A stretch of 64,000 bases of DNA from Bdellovibrionota bacterium (GCA_963668355.1 OY764265.1:960001-1024000); one strand, 5' to 3'. Counted from the stretch's first letter, positions 1 through 11,331 are shown. The notes: generated from the letters alone by a model not told the origin. Numbers and translations: made by a program.

Positions 1-690
<690 letters not shown>

Positions 691-697
691 TCAGAAG

Positions 698-1867
698 CTA
701 AAATCGTTCGATTTCCATGCTTCCATCAGAGTCTCCTCCTCCACCTTCGTCCTCGGAGTCTGATTTTTCAAAATCATCCCAAGATGTGTCTGAAGTGGAA
801 GATATTCCCTTCACGCGCAAGGCAAAATCATCTGGGTTGGTTGATTGACGTAAAGCTTCTTCATACGTAATCAGTTTTTGTTTCAGTAAGCTCATGAGTG
901 ATTGATCAAACGTCTGCATCCCATAAGAAATATGCCCTTGTGAAATGGCTTCTTGAATTTCTTTGGTTCTTTCCGGAGTTTCTATGAGTTCGCGAATTCG
1001 TGAATTCGCTACCATAACTTCACATGCGGGAACCCGTCCCCGACCATCAATTTTCGGAACCAAACGCTGAGAAACAATTCCACGTATAACGGTAGCCAGT
1101 TGTAAACGGACCTGTTTCTGTTGATACGGTGGAAAGGCTGAAACAATTCGAGAGATGGTTTCTCGGGCGTCAATGGTATGAACCGTCGAGAGAACCAAAT
1201 GTCCCGTCTCAGACGCCGTCAAGGCGGTCTCAATGGTTTCCAAGTCTCGCATTTCCCCCACCAGGATAACATCGGGATCTTGCCGAAGAGCGGACCTCAA
1301 TGCTTGTTGGAAGGAAATCGTATCCACGCCCACTTCACGCTGGTTGATGATGCATCGTTTATCCCGAATGAGATACTCAATCGGATCTTCAATGGTGATA
1401 ATGTGAGCCGTTCTTCGCGCATTGATGAAATCAATCATCGAAGCCAAGGTCGTTGATTTACCCGAACCCGTTGTTCCGGTAACCAACACCAAGCCTCTGC
1501 GCTCCATAGCAATCTTTTCAATCGTCTTTGGCAAACACAGCTCGTCCATGGAAGAAACTTTAAAAGGAATCACGCGAAAAACGATTCCCACCGTCCCCCG
1601 CTGTTGGAATACATTGACACGAAATCGGCCCACGCCGGGAACGCCGTAGGCCATGTCAATTTCGTTGTACTCGTTAAACTTCTCCTTTTGATAGTTGTTC
1701 ATGATGCCCGTGGCCATTCTTCCAACATCTTCGGGAGACAAACGCCGGGCATCTTTCAAGGGCACCAAGGAACCATCCACACGAAACATCGGTGGAAGTC
1801 CCGCTTTTAGATGAATATCCGAAGCTTTCCCTTTAACAGCTATCTTTAAGAGATCGTTTAATTCCAT
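698..1867 (-). CDS. pilT: Type IV pilus retraction ATPase, PilT/PilU family
   Basis: ASDIHL, Walker A GTTGSGKS, Asp box TIEDPIE, LRQDPDVILVGEMRD, His box TGHLVLSTVH, GMQTFDQSL. The AIRNLIRE motif appears as the variant RIRELIET. Confidence 0.9.
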   Translation of the reverse strand: MELNDLLKIAVKGKASDIHLKAGLPPMFRVDGSLVPLKDARRLSPEDVGRMATGIMNNYQKEKFNEYNEIDMAYGVPGVGRFRVNVFQQRGTVGIVFRVIPFKVSSMDELCLPKTIEKIAMERRGLVLVTGTTGSGKSTTLASMIDFINARRTAHIITIEDPIEYLIRDKRCIINQREVGVDTISFQQALRSALRQDPDVILVGEMRDLETIETALTASETGHLVLSTVHTIDARETISRIVSAFPPYQQKQVRLQLATVIRGIVSQRLVPKIDGRGRVPACEVMVANSRIRELIETPERTKEIQEAISQGHISYGMQTFDQSLMSLLKQKLITYEEALRQSTNPDDFALRVKGISSTSDTSWDDFEKSDSEDEGGGGDSDGSMEIERF

Positions 1868-2959
1868 TTATTTTTTTTCCTTACCATTTCCCTTTTTGGA
1901 CTTTTCTCCTTCGCTTTCGACATCATTTTTCTTTGCCGCTTTTTGCAACTCTCCGGGCGACTGGAGCCCCGAAGACGCATAGATTTCCTTTTCCAACTTT
2001 TCCATGATTTTGGGGTTATCTTTGAGAAACGCCTTGGCGTTGTCGCGTCCCTGGCCCAGGCGCTCTCCCTGATAAGAATACCAGCTTCCGGTTTTTTCAA
2101 TCAGGTTCCGGTCGGTCGCCATATCCAACAGATCTCCCAACCGAGAAATCCCTTCGCCGTAAACAATATCAAACTCTACTCGTTTGAAGGGTGGCGCCAC
2201 TTTGTTTTTGACGATTTTTACCAACGTCCGGTTTCCAATGACTTCCTCACCTTTTTTCAGGGCACCAATGCGACGGATGTCAATTCGAATGGAGGAATAA
2301 AACTTTAGAGCATTTCCTCCCGTTGTGGTTTCGGGATTTCCGAACATCACACCAATTTTCATGCGAATTTGGTTGATGAAAATGACGGTTGTCTGCGTGC
2401 TCGAAATGGCGGCTGTCAATTTTCGTAGCGCTTGAGACATGAGGCGAGCCTGAAGTCCCATATGAGAGTCACCCATTTCCCCATTGATTTCCGCTCGAGG
2501 AGTCAAAGCGGCAACGGAGTCAATCACGACCAAGTCAATGGCTCCAGAACGAACCAAGGTCTCCGCAATTTCCAAGGCCTGTTCTCCGGTATCCGGTTGT
2601 GAAATCAGGAGGTCGTCTGTTCTTACGCCAAGCTTTCGTGCATAGGCGACATCCAACGCATGCTCGGCATCAATAAAGGCCGCAACGCCTCCCAATTTTT
2701 GGGCTTCGGCAATCATATGTAATGTGGCTGTCGTTTTTCCGGAGGATTCGGGTCCAAAAATCTCAATCACACGACCTCTTGGAATTCCACCCACACCCAA
2801 AGCCAAATCCACACCGATGGATCCCGTAGGAATGACGGATAGGTCTTTCACCAACGCTTCATCGGCGCCCAGACGCATGATGGACCCTTTTCCAAATTGC
2901 TTTTCGATCGTTGATACCGCCAAGCCAATGGCTTTTTCTCGGTTAACATCCAGAGACAT
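1868..2959 (-). CDS. recA: Recombinase A
   Basis: [69 protein letters not shown]. Confidence 0.99.
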   Translation of the reverse strand: MSLDVNREKAIGLAVSTIEKQFGKGSIMRLGADEALVKDLSVIPTGSIGVDLALGVGGIPRGRVIEIFGPESSGKTTATLHMIAEAQKLGGVAAFIDAEHALDVAYARKLGVRTDDLLISQPDTGEQALEIAETLVRSGAIDLVVIDSVAALTPRAEINGEMGDSHMGLQARLMSQALRKLTAAISSTQTTVIFINQIRMKIGVMFGNPETTTGGNALKFYSSIRIDIRRIGALKKGEEVIGNRTLVKIVKNKVAPPFKRVEFDIVYGEGISRLGDLLDMATDRNLIEKTGSWYSYQGERLGQGRDNAKAFLKDNPKIMEKLEKEIYASSGLQSPGELQKAAKKNDVESEGEKSKKGNGKEKK

Positions 2960-2967
2960 ACTTCCTC

Positions 2968-4236
2968 CTACTTCTTTCCTTTAAAATTATGACTCTCTAC
3001 GAGACGAATTGCGCCCCTTAAAGCCTCAAATGCCGCGAGCATTCTATTGCGATTCCGCTCCCAGCGAAACTGATATTCCCTGACCTCTTCTACCCCAGGT
3101 CCGGCCCAAGCTAAATAAGTTAATCCGACCGGCTTTCCAGGTCTCTCACCTGTAGGCCCAGCAATTCCGGTGCTGGCAACTCCGATATCGGCACCAGATA
3201 TCACACGCGCTCCCCTAGCCATTTCCAGGGCACAAGCCTTGGAAACCGCTCCCATATGGCGAATTGTCTCTTGGCTCACTCCCAGTTGTTCAATCTTGGA
3301 TCGATTGCTGTAGGTGATATACGACCGATCCAGAACATCCGAACAACCGGGCACTTTCACCAACTGTGACGTAATCAATCCACCGGTGATCGACTCCGCA
3401 ATGGCCAAGCGAAGATTTCGCTCCTTAAAGGTAGAGACCACGCGCGCTTCCAACGTTTGATCATTGATCGCCATGAGATATTCACCCAACTCCGCTTGGA
3501 GAATTTGATCGGCTGTCTGAAGAGCGTTTTCTGCGTCCTTCTCATGATGAGGCGCGAGAAGCAGCGTCACGTCTACATGTGGGAAATGAGAGGTATACGC
3601 CAAGCGAACATCTGCGTTCGGCAGTTCTCGAATTCCGGATCGTTCGACCCATTCTTCCAAACGCGACTCGCCAATCCCCAAAAATTGGTAGGTTCGCTCC
3701 ATCCACTTCCGTTCGTCTCCGATTTCCTTTCGAAACTCGGGAACCACATAACGAGAAAAAAGATAAATCATTTCCGAAGGAACCCCAGGTAAACAAAAAA
3801 TCCTTCGTCCCTCCAAACTCACACGACAACCTGGGGCCGTTCCAAGCGGATTGGCTAGAACCTCTCCCCCTTCTGGAAGACAGGCTTGCCGTCGATTCGA
3901 ATCGGGACAAGGCCGCCCCCGCTCCAAAAAGCGAGCCTGGATCTGCTCGAACACTTCCGGCCGAAACGTCAGGTTTTGCTTCAATGCCCTTCCGAGGGAT
4001 TCAAAGGTTAGATCATCCGAGGTGGGTCCCAGTCCTCCGGTTGTAATGATCCAATCCGAACGGGACCGAGCCAGATTGATGGCTTCCGCCGAGGCCTCGA
4101 CCGAATCATCCACCGTTTGATGGTGAACCGGGGCAAAGCCCATGGACACAAACTGCCGCCCCAACCAAGCCGAGTTCGTATCCACGCGGCGGCCGTCCAG
4201 TAATTCACGACCAAACGTAATGATCTCAATATTCAT
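2968..4236 (-). CDS. cinA: Competence/damage-inducible CinA (MoCF-like domain plus NMN deamidase)
   Basis: [30 protein letters not shown]-terminal AESITGG, YSN..K, GAVS, TGIAGP. Confidence 0.95.
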   Translation of the reverse strand: MNIEIITFGRELLDGRRVDTNSAWLGRQFVSMGFAPVHHQTVDDSVEASAEAINLARSRSDWIITTGGLGPTSDDLTFESLGRALKQNLTFRPEVFEQIQARFLERGRPCPDSNRRQACLPEGGEVLANPLGTAPGCRVSLEGRRIFCLPGVPSEMIYLFSRYVVPEFRKEIGDERKWMERTYQFLGIGESRLEEWVERSGIRELPNADVRLAYTSHFPHVDVTLLLAPHHEKDAENALQTADQILQAELGEYLMAINDQTLEARVVSTFKERNLRLAIAESITGGLITSQLVKVPGCSDVLDRSYITYSNRSKIEQLGVSQETIRHMGAVSKACALEMARGARVISGADIGVASTGIAGPTGERPGKPVGLTYLAWAGPGVEEVREYQFRWERNRNRMLAAFEALRGAIRLVESHNFKGKK

Positions 4237-4703
4237 AAAAATGTTCCCAATCGAAATAGGAGACGCATGACTGCCTGCGCAAACAACCCCGCCACAACAT
4301 CATCAAACATGACACTTTTTCCACCCTTCCACGTCCGATCAATCCAGTTGGCGGGAAAGGGTTTCCAAATATCAAAGAGACGAAAGAGAAGAAATCCCCC
4401 CAAAAAAACCCACTCGTTTGGAGAAAACGCAAAAAGGGCAATCCAAACACCCACGATTTCGTCCACAACAATCCGCCGATCATCGTGCACGCCCGTTTCT
4501 TTCTCCCATTCATTCGAGGCCCACCAGCCCAGAAGAAGAACAAGCAGAATCCAAGCCAATTGCCAAATCCAGTTCTGCTGTGCAATTAACACGTAGGCGA
4601 ATACACCTAAAATAGACCCCGCCGTTCCAGGAGCCACCGGTGCATACCCCGTACCCAGTCCGGTTGCGATCATCTGTGCGAGTCTGAATCGAATTCTTTT
4701 CAC
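4233..4703 (-). CDS. pgpA: Phosphatidylglycerophosphatase A
   Basis: G.GY.P.APGT.GS, HD...IVVDE..G, LFRLFDIWKPFP, MFDDVVAG. Start uncertain (GTG 4703 or TTG 4739). Confidence 0.93.
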   Translation of the reverse strand: MKRIRFRLAQMIATGLGTGYAPVAPGTAGSILGVFAYVLIAQQNWIWQLAWILLVLLLGWWASNEWEKETGVHDDRRIVVDEIVGVWIALFAFSPNEWVFLGGFLLFRLFDIWKPFPANWIDRTWKGGKSVMFDDVVAGLFAQAVMRLLFRLGTFL

Positions 4704-4871
4704 GTCTTTTTTCCCATTTTGGTGGCGTAGAATAGCCAATGCATTTCATACGGAAAGCTTTCTTTTCACCAGAAATCGCCTGGAACCCTGCCTTTACCCA
4801 ATTCGTTTGCGTGCCCCAAAGGGGGCATCCAAGGGGCAGAAATGGATTTCGGTCTCTCCTCCATTCAAATC

Positions 4872-4937
4872 TAACTCATTGTTTTTAAACGAATAATTTT
4901 AATACATCTCCCCCTTTTGGCTGGCATGCTCCTTGAA
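4872..4937 (+). promoter_or_regulatory. Putative sigma-54 promoter (CTGGCATGCTCCTTGAA, 4921-4937) with upstream IHF-like site (TAACTCATTGTTT, 4872-4884)
   Basis: GG-N10-GA spacing (variant -12 element). The IHF-like site matches YAA-N4-TTGATW with one mismatch. Confidence 0.5.
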
Positions 4938-5019
4938 CAAATTGCCTGCGAAGGAAAGTTTAACTATGGGCTTGAAGAACATGACGCGAAGTGTTAATGA
5001 CAAATCCTCTGAGGAAATT

Positions 5020-6558
5020 ATGAAACGAGTTGCCATCATCGCCTTACTCCTAAGTATCAGCGCCTGCTCCAACGGCGGTCGCCAAGTTGTCGGACAGAGA
5101 ACGGGTTTGAGTACCTCTCTTCCCTCCCTAACCGGAGGACGAATTGGGGCCGTCCTGACGACACAAGAGAATTGTTCAGCCAATATGAGCCCACAGTACC
5201 CCGGCCAAACATCGACCAACAACGGCATCTATCCCGGACAACAGGGGGGAAATCGAAACTCCGGCACGATTTCATCCTCCTCTTATTCGGGAATCAGCGC
5301 GAGGACTTCGAACTGGGGAACCTTAAAACTCTTGGCGATCTATGAAAATGAGATGAGCCTTGTGGGTTCGGGTCTGACCGATCAGCGAAGAACCACGAGT
5401 GCAATTAGCAGTGGCGTGACAGGCTTTGCTTCTTATGGCCAAATCCGACTTCCCGGAATTCTCACACGAAACTCTGGAAGTCAGATAGCGTTTTCGCCGG
5501 ACGGAAGTTCCATTCTCGTCACACGAACAGAGGACAATGCCGTTTCCCTAATATCTGTGGGAGATCGGGGTCGTCTTGGCATGCATTATCAAATCAATAC
5601 CGGACAGCATCCCACCGAAATTGATACGGCCATGACACCTTGGGGATCCATGGCTGCCGTCGTTACCGATACAGGCGTGGAACTCATCAAGTATGACCGC
5701 CTTTCTTATTATGGTGAAGCTGTCGGACGACCCTACTATTCACTGGCCTTTGGAACGTATGCCGGATCTCCGAAGAGTGTTCGCTTTGTTCCTGGAGAAG
5801 GTGATGCCGGAAGTGAGTTCATTGCCATTTCCGTTAGCAATGGACGAGGAACCTTCCATACGAACGGCGGACGCGTTCTTCTTTGTGATTTGTCCAAATA
5901 CAATGAGTACGGGGAGAGTCCTTGGGAGACCGTCAATCGAGTCAATGGCAATCCCCGAGGATGCTATGAATTCAATCAATTTTCTCCCTTTGCCATGGGA
6001 AGAAGCGAACATGTTTTGGGAACTCCGATCAAGCTTGCGATGGGAAGTTCATTAGCGGTGGCTTTAAGTGATTCCATTGGACCGGTTTTATTGAACACTT
6101 CCGATTATCCTCTGGGTGCCTTCAGTTATCCCTCGACTTTAGGGTCCGGAATGGTCAATGGCCAAGGACAAAATCTGGGGCGACACCGAGGGTATGTGGA
6201 CATTGCGCTTCATCCTTATTCAGAAAACATCATGGTTCTCGACCAAACTCGTTTAACCACATATGCCATGGACAACTTCTTTGAAGTGGGTCAGCTGGAT
6301 GGCATTTCCATTCCCATTGCACAAAAAGCTTCGGCCATGGCTGTGGATCCCAGTCCAAATCCAAACTTTGTTTTGGTCGCAGACCAAGGCGCGGGTCGAG
6401 TTGCTGTGGCGCGATTGAACGGTCGAACCCCTTCGCACAATAGTTATTCCGACTTTATCGCGCTGGGAGCTTGCCCCATCGACGTGGCCATTCGAAAGGC
6501 GAGAGATGTGAATCTTCCGACTTTCCCTTCGGCTCCGGAGGAAGTAGAAGAGGACTGA
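5020..6558 (+). CDS. Secreted lipoprotein, probable YncE/YVTN-like beta-propeller
   Basis: GAGGA Shine-Dalgarno before ATG 5020; lipobox MKRVAIIALLLSISA-C; blade-like motifs IAFSPDG..ILVT....NAVSLI, TGQHPTEI, DIALHP, AMAVDP..VLVADQG.GRVAV, LGACPIDVAI. Confidence 0.6.
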   Translation: MKRVAIIALLLSISACSNGGRQVVGQRTGLSTSLPSLTGGRIGAVLTTQENCSANMSPQYPGQTSTNNGIYPGQQGGNRNSGTISSSSYSGISARTSNWGTLKLLAIYENEMSLVGSGLTDQRRTTSAISSGVTGFASYGQIRLPGILTRNSGSQIAFSPDGSSILVTRTEDNAVSLISVGDRGRLGMHYQINTGQHPTEIDTAMTPWGSMAAVVTDTGVELIKYDRLSYYGEAVGRPYYSLAFGTYAGSPKSVRFVPGEGDAGSEFIAISVSNGRGTFHTNGGRVLLCDLSKYNEYGESPWETVNRVNGNPRGCYEFNQFSPFAMGRSEHVLGTPIKLAMGSSLAVALSDSIGPVLLNTSDYPLGAFSYPSTLGSGMVNGQGQNLGRHRGYVDIALHPYSENIMVLDQTRLTTYAMDNFFEVGQLDGISIPIAQKASAMAVDPSPNPNFVLVADQGAGRVAVARLNGRTPSHNSYSDFIALGACPIDVAIRKARDVNLPTFPSAPEEVEED

Positions 6559-6590
6559 TTCTCTCCCTCTTTTCGAGTAAACTTACACAG

Positions 6591-7001
6591 ATGAGAATTC
6601 TTGGAATCGACTATGGTCGAAAACGTGTGGGTTTAGCTCTGAGTGACGCGTTGGGCATCACGGCCCAACCTTCCGGTCATTTTCTCAACAACAAATCTTT
6701 ATTCGACAACCTCAAAAAACTCATCCAAGAAAATGACGTTTCCGAGATTGTTTTAGGTCACCCTTTGACGTTCAAAGGAACGAAGAGCCAAATGACGGAA
6801 GAAGTCGAAGCTTTTTCAGAAAAATTAAAAGAGCATCTTCAACTTCCGGTTACTCTTTGTGATGAAAGACTTACCACAGCTCAATCTGAAAGGCTTCTCA
6901 TTGAAGGAGACGTAAAACGAAAAAAAAGAAAAGAGGTTCGTGATAGCATGGCGGCTGTGCTAATTTTGACCGGATACCTTCAAAGCAGGGGTTCCCTATG
7001 A
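6591..7001 (+). CDS. ruvX: Holliday junction resolvase-like RuvX/YqgF
   Basis: MRILGIDYGRKRVGLALSD, IVLGHP, DERLTT..SE, DSMAAVLIL. True start is ATG 6591. Confidence 0.95.
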   Translation: MRILGIDYGRKRVGLALSDALGITAQPSGHFLNNKSLFDNLKKLIQENDVSEIVLGHPLTFKGTKSQMTEEVEAFSEKLKEHLQLPVTLCDERLTTAQSERLLIEGDVKRKKRKEVRDSMAAVLILTGYLQSRGSL

Positions 7002-7999
7002 AAAAGATTGCACTCATTTTAGGAATTCTCATCTTCCTCGGCTTCATCGGGTTCAATCAAATCCAATCGTTTTACGCGCCCCCTTCTGGACCTCAGAGTG
7101 AAGAAGTTATTTTCATCCCGCCTGGCTCACCCCTTGGGGCCACGGCCCAACTGCTTCAGGATCAAGGCGTGATCAAAAGCGCCTGGAAACTCAAGCTCTT
7201 GGCACGCTTCAAAGGAGAAAGCCGAAACATCAAACCTGGTGAGTACAAAATCAAAGCCCCCACCTCTCCCAGCCATATTTTAGACATTCTTAAAGAGGGA
7301 AAGGTTCTTCTGCACAAAGTTACGTTTCCCGAAGGAATCACCGTAAAAGAGGTGGCTCAAATTTTGGAACAGAGGGAACTTGTCGATGCTGAACGGTTCA
7401 AAACCACCTTGGAGGACTTGAGTCTTTTGAATCGCTGGGGGATTTCCAGTCCCACCTATGAAGGGTTTTTATTTCCCGACACGTACTTTTTCTCTAAGAC
7501 TGAAGGAGAAGAAAAAGTTGTCGACACGATGTTGGAGCATTTTCAAAACGCTCTCACAGCCGAAGATCGACTGCGCATGGAGGATATTGGCGGAGATCTT
7601 CTTTCCTGGGCCACACTTGCATCCATCATCGAAAAAGAATCCAGCGACCCGAAAGAGCATCCACTCATTTCTTCCGTGTTTTACAATCGCCTTCGAAAAA
7701 ACATGCGCTTGCAAAGTGATCCCACCGTCATCTATGGCATTCCAAACTTCGACGGAAACCTAACCAAGAAACACCTGCAAGACAAAAGCAATCCATTCAA
7801 CACGTATATGCACAGAGGCCTACCCCCTCACCCCATCGCCAACCCAAGTGCCAGCGCCCTTCACGCCGCCATGAATCCGGCCAAAACCAAGTTTTTATAC
7901 TTCGTCGCCAAAAAAGACGGAACACACGCCTTCGCCAAAACATACAAAGAACATCAAAAAAACGTTCGCAAATATCAATTACGAAGAAGAAAAAAGTAA
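6998..7999 (+). CDS. mltG: Endolytic transglycosylase MltG (YceG family)
   Basis: N-terminal TM helix, TFPEG, EGFLFPDTY, LASIIEKE, VFYNRL...M.LQSDPTVIY, PFNTY...GLPP.PIANP, YFVAK.DG.H.F. Confidence 0.96.
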   Translation: MKKIALILGILIFLGFIGFNQIQSFYAPPSGPQSEEVIFIPPGSPLGATAQLLQDQGVIKSAWKLKLLARFKGESRNIKPGEYKIKAPTSPSHILDILKEGKVLLHKVTFPEGITVKEVAQILEQRELVDAERFKTTLEDLSLLNRWGISSPTYEGFLFPDTYFFSKTEGEEKVVDTMLEHFQNALTAEDRLRMEDIGGDLLSWATLASIIEKESSDPKEHPLISSVFYNRLRKNMRLQSDPTVIYGIPNFDGNLTKKHLQDKSNPFNTYMHRGLPPHPIANPSASALHAAMNPAKTKFLYFVAKKDGTHAFAKTYKEHQKNVRKYQLRRRKK

Positions 8000-8010
8000 A
8001 ATCCAAAAAT

Positions 8011-8035
8011 AAAAAAGCGCGACATTCGTCGCGCA
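8011..8035 (-). terminator. Rho-independent terminator-like hairpin for the minus-strand (rimO) transcript; also the left end of the inverted-repeat element
   Basis: Minus strand reads GCGCGAC-GAAT-GTCGCGC-TTTTTT. Confidence 0.6.
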
Positions 8036-8529
8036 AGGAGACTCCGAAATCGTTGTTAAGAACAGCTACGTTTAAGGGAAGCAAATCTGAGGAAGAGTCT
8101 CTCCGCTTTGGGTTACGTTCGCTCCAAAGACTACGATCACTGCAGGCGGGGCCCCTCGTTGTCCGCCCAGCGTCAAGCATAGCTTGCCGCAGGTCGTCTC
8201 CGTTTCCCCTACCTTCCGTTCACGAGGTCTTTGGGCTCTCTTCACAGGCGCGGAGAGACTCTTCCTCAGATTCGCTTTTAGTCATGAGTAATTCTTTTAT
8301 CTCGCTCCCCTCGCTTGAAATCATTCGTTTGAATGAACAGATAAATTTTCCATGAGAGATGTTCTAAAAATCACCTTGGAAATGTTGAAAGGGTGGCCGA
8401 CAGGGAAAGGGGCTCCGAGCACTGTCGGGGCGCAGCGAGCCCCTTTCCCTGTCGGTCAGGACCCTCCCACAAAATCTCTTCAGCTCACTTTATGCCCAGA
8501 ACGAAACTCATGCGCGACGAATGTCGCGC
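8017..8529. repeat. Nested inverted-repeat element (MITE/REPIN-like or structured RNA)
   Basis: 19-bp perfect terminal inverted repeat 8017-8035/8511-8529; 23-bp perfect IR 8084-8106/8250-8272; 19-bp perfect IR 8397-8415/8437-8455. Confidence 0.85.
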
Positions 8530-8546
8530 ATTTACGGATATCGCGC

Positions 8547-9893
8547 TCAAGCGCAACCAAAAAGATCATACTCACTGGCGCCTTCAATTTTTGCTTTCAC
8601 CATCGAACCCACTTTGAGCTTCTTGGCTTTTAGAAAAACCGAGCCATCAATATCCAACGCCTGTCCTTCGGTGCGACCCACGTATTGAAACTCACCTTTT
8701 TCCTCCAGCTTTCGATCCACCAAAATCTCCATCGTTTTTCCAAGATAGCTTTCGTTTCGTTTTTGGGAAATCGGCTGTTGAAGACGCATCAAGTGATCCA
8801 AACGAGACTGCTTCACTACCGTATCCAATTGGTTGGGCATTTCTCCCGCAGGCGTCCCTTCTTCTTGTGAATAAGCAAAGGCTCCCAAGCGATCAAATTC
8901 GGTTTCTTCAACAAAGCGCAGCAATTTTTGGAATTGTTCCTCCGTCTCTCCTGGAAATCCCACAATCAATGTGGTTCGAAGCGTGAGGCCGGGAATTCGA
9001 TTTCGAAGTTTCCGTAAGAGACCTCGAATTTCATCTTCATTCACATACCGGCGCATCGTCGCCAAGAGTTTGCTGTCAATATGCTGCAAAGGAATGTCTA
9101 AGTAACTGCAGATTTTTTCGTTTTCGGAAATCAATTCAATGAGAGAGTCCGAAAAAAACATCGGATAGCTGTAAAGCAATCGGATCCAACGAGGCCCAGG
9201 AATTTTTACGAGTTCCCGAAGCAATTTTTCCAAATTGGTTCCATCTTTCAGATCCACCCCATACGCCGTCAGATCCTGCGCAATGAGATTAATTTCCAAG
9301 GCCCCTGACTCCGCTAAACGCTCGACTTCTTTCACAATGGACTCAATGGATCGACTTCGCCCCGGCCCCCTGAGCTTGGGAATGATGCAAAAGCTACAGG
9401 TTCGCGAGCACCCTTCAGCAATTTTCACATACGCCGTATGCTCGGGCAGAACCATCAAGCGCGGCGTTGCATAGTCGTAAACAAACTCCGGATCGTTCAC
9501 CATAGACTTTGCCACAGGCAACTCCGTCGTCGCCCCAAGCACTTCCGCTATATGTTGAAATTCTCCGGTTCCGAGAAAGTGATCCACCTCCGGAAGCTCA
9601 TGCTCCAATTCTTTTTGATACCTTTGGGCCAAACAACCGGTCACGACAAGCTTCTGAATGCTTCCTTTCTTTTTCTTATGTGCCAGATCCAAAATGGCAT
9701 CGATGGATTCCTTTTTGGCATCCTCAACAAATGCGCACGTGTTCACAATCATCACATCCGCTTCATCTTCATTGGGGGTGAGTTCGTAGCCATCCTTTTG
9801 GAGCAGACCCAACATGACTTCCGAATCCACTAAATTCTTCGGACACCCCAAACTGACGACACCAATTTTCTGTTTTCTTGCCGGACGACTCAT
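8547..9893 (-). CDS. rimO: Ribosomal protein S12 methylthiotransferase
   Basis: [32 protein letters not shown], radical-[36 protein letters not shown]-terminal TRAM domain. Start ATG 9893 preferred over 9911. Confidence 0.96.
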   Translation of the reverse strand: MSRPARKQKIGVVSLGCPKNLVDSEVMLGLLQKDGYELTPNEDEADVMIVNTCAFVEDAKKESIDAILDLAHKKKKGSIQKLVVTGCLAQRYQKELEHELPEVDHFLGTGEFQHIAEVLGATTELPVAKSMVNDPEFVYDYATPRLMVLPEHTAYVKIAEGCSRTCSFCIIPKLRGPGRSRSIESIVKEVERLAESGALEINLIAQDLTAYGVDLKDGTNLEKLLRELVKIPGPRWIRLLYSYPMFFSDSLIELISENEKICSYLDIPLQHIDSKLLATMRRYVNEDEIRGLLRKLRNRIPGLTLRTTLIVGFPGETEEQFQKLLRFVEETEFDRLGAFAYSQEEGTPAGEMPNQLDTVVKQSRLDHLMRLQQPISQKRNESYLGKTMEILVDRKLEEKGEFQYVGRTEGQALDIDGSVFLKAKKLKVGSMVKAKIEGASEYDLFGCA

Positions 9894-9901
9894 GGAAGCG
9901 G

Positions 9902-9908
9902 TACTGTA
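9902..9908. promoter_or_regulatory. Overlapping bidirectional -10 elements (TACTGT on +, TACAGT on -) for cobB and rimO
   Basis: TANNNT lies 7 nt before the cobB ATG and 9 nt before the rimO ATG. Neither gene has a Shine-Dalgarno in the 21-bp gap. Confidence 0.45.
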
Positions 9909-9914
9909 CATGAC

Positions 9915-10643
9915 ATGGAAGAGAGTCCCAAGTCATCCTCTGGACCCATTGTCATCCTTACGGGAGCCGGGATTTCAGCCGAGTCCGGGATATCCACATT
10001 CCGAGGATCCAGCGGACTCTGGGAAAACCACCGAATTGAAGATGTGGCTTCCCCAGAAGGCTTCGCTCGAAATCCAGAATTGGTTCAGCGCTTTTACAAT
10101 GGCCGAAGAAACCAGCTCACACTCGAGAACATCCAGCCCAACGCCGCCCACAAAGCCTTGGCCAAGTTAGAACAGGAATGGCCAGAGCCGGTTTTGATTG
10201 TCACACAAAACATTGATCCCCTTCATGAACGTGGGGGGAGCAAAAACGTTCTTCACATGCATGGAGAGCTTCTAAAATCGCGCTGCCAAGCTTGTGAGAA
10301 AGTGTTTGATTGTAACGAAGACTTGAATTCTCAGACTCCATGCCCGGGGTGTCAACAAATGGGAAGCTTACGACCCCATGTGGTCTGGTTTGGCGAAACC
10401 CCACTTTTTTTGCCTGAAATTTTTTCGGCCCTAGAAACTTGTTCGTTGTTCATGGCCATAGGAACTTCAAGCAATGTTTATCCGGCAGCGGGCTTTGTCG
10501 AGCACATTCGAATGAACACCATGGCCCACACGGTGGAACTGAATCTGGAGCCCTCCTCCATGAGATCCAATTTTCATGAGTGCATATACGGGCCAGCTTC
10601 AGACATTGTTCCCACGTATGTAGACGAATTGTTAAAAGCCTAA
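9915..10643 (+). CDS. cobB: NAD-dependent protein deacylase (class III sirtuin)
   Basis: [22 protein letters not shown] (Tyr/Arg desuccinylase pair), TQNID.LHE, HMHGEL, CxxC..CxxC zinc site, [20 protein letters not shown]. Confidence 0.95.
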   Translation: MEESPKSSSGPIVILTGAGISAESGISTFRGSSGLWENHRIEDVASPEGFARNPELVQRFYNGRRNQLTLENIQPNAAHKALAKLEQEWPEPVLIVTQNIDPLHERGGSKNVLHMHGELLKSRCQACEKVFDCNEDLNSQTPCPGCQQMGSLRPHVVWFGETPLFLPEIFSALETCSLFMAIGTSSNVYPAAGFVEHIRMNTMAHTVELNLEPSSMRSNFHECIYGPASDIVPTYVDELLKA

Positions 10644-11299
10644 AACTTCAACTCAGACATATCCAACCCTACAACCGGCATATTCTCTGGAGGTGTGAAC
10701 ACAAACGCATCTCCGGAAAGCGGTTCGTTAACTTTCATGTTCAAAAATCGAATTTCGTTCTCTCCACCAAATCCGTCCATAATGCGTGAAGCTTTGACCA
10801 AAACACGTTCCCCAAGGCTCAGCGTCAACAACACTTCTGCTGTATTGGGTATGGGTTCTTTTGGCACACATTTCAAAACAACTTCATCTTTATTTTCAGA
10901 AGCAATCGAAACCTTAAAAAGTTCTGTCAACTTTCCCTTCCCCCATAGAAATGACAAGGCGACAGGCAATTCTTCGTCTTTCGGCTGTTTTCCTCTGAGA
11001 ACTTGACGGTCCTCGGGATCAAAAAGCGTGATGTGTTTTCCATCCATCAAGATCATTTTCTTTTTCGGCTGATCGTAATCCCAGCGCATTTTTCCGGGCT
11101 TGGAAATCCGAACATTCCCTGAGGCGTTTTTATTTCCAAAGCGCTTGGAACGATACGTTTGCTGAAATGTTCCTTGTACCGTTTGAATGGATTCGTATGA
11201 GCTTTGGAGATCGTTCACGACGTCTTTGGCTTGAAAAGCCCAGGCACTCCCGACTCCCAAAACCAACAGGAATAGGATCATGATGTTTTGCTTCTTCAC
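10640..11299 (-). CDS. lolA: Outer-membrane lipoprotein carrier LolA family
   Basis: Signal peptide; F.QT...ASG.V...[10 protein letters not shown]......DG; C-terminal F.FTPP; lies downstream of ftsK. Confidence 0.88.
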   Translation of the reverse strand: MKKQNIMILFLLVLGVGSAWAFQAKDVVNDLQSSYESIQTVQGTFQQTYRSKRFGNKNASGNVRISKPGKMRWDYDQPKKKMILMDGKHITLFDPEDRQVLRGKQPKDEELPVALSFLWGKGKLTELFKVSIASENKDEVVLKCVPKEPIPNTAEVLLTLSLGERVLVKASRIMDGFGGENEIRFLNMKVNEPLSGDAFVFTPPENMPVVGLDMSELKF

Positions 11300-11331
11300 A
11301 GTTCGGGAAGCCTACACCAAACTAGGTTACG

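Noticed and set aside
1868..2959. Intein or LexA box associated with recA
   Set aside because: Normal length with continuous motifs; I recognised no SOS box upstream of the operon.
8017..8529. CRISPR array, tRNA or 6S RNA interpretation of the repeat region
   Set aside because: The repeats are inverted rather than direct and regularly spaced, and there are no cas genes. There is no cloverleaf or T-loop. The long perfect stem and branched interior do not fit a 6S rod, though an Rfam search is still needed.
7797..8633. Short ORFs across the mltG-rimO gap (7797-8180, 8053-8355, 8352-8633, 8393-8617)
   Set aside because: No Shine-Dalgarno or recognisable motifs, and their composition is dictated by the inverted repeats.
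9915..10643. Sirtuin as an anti-phage SIR2 effector
   Set aside because: It is a canonical single-domain, Zn-binding CobB with no defence-gene neighbours.
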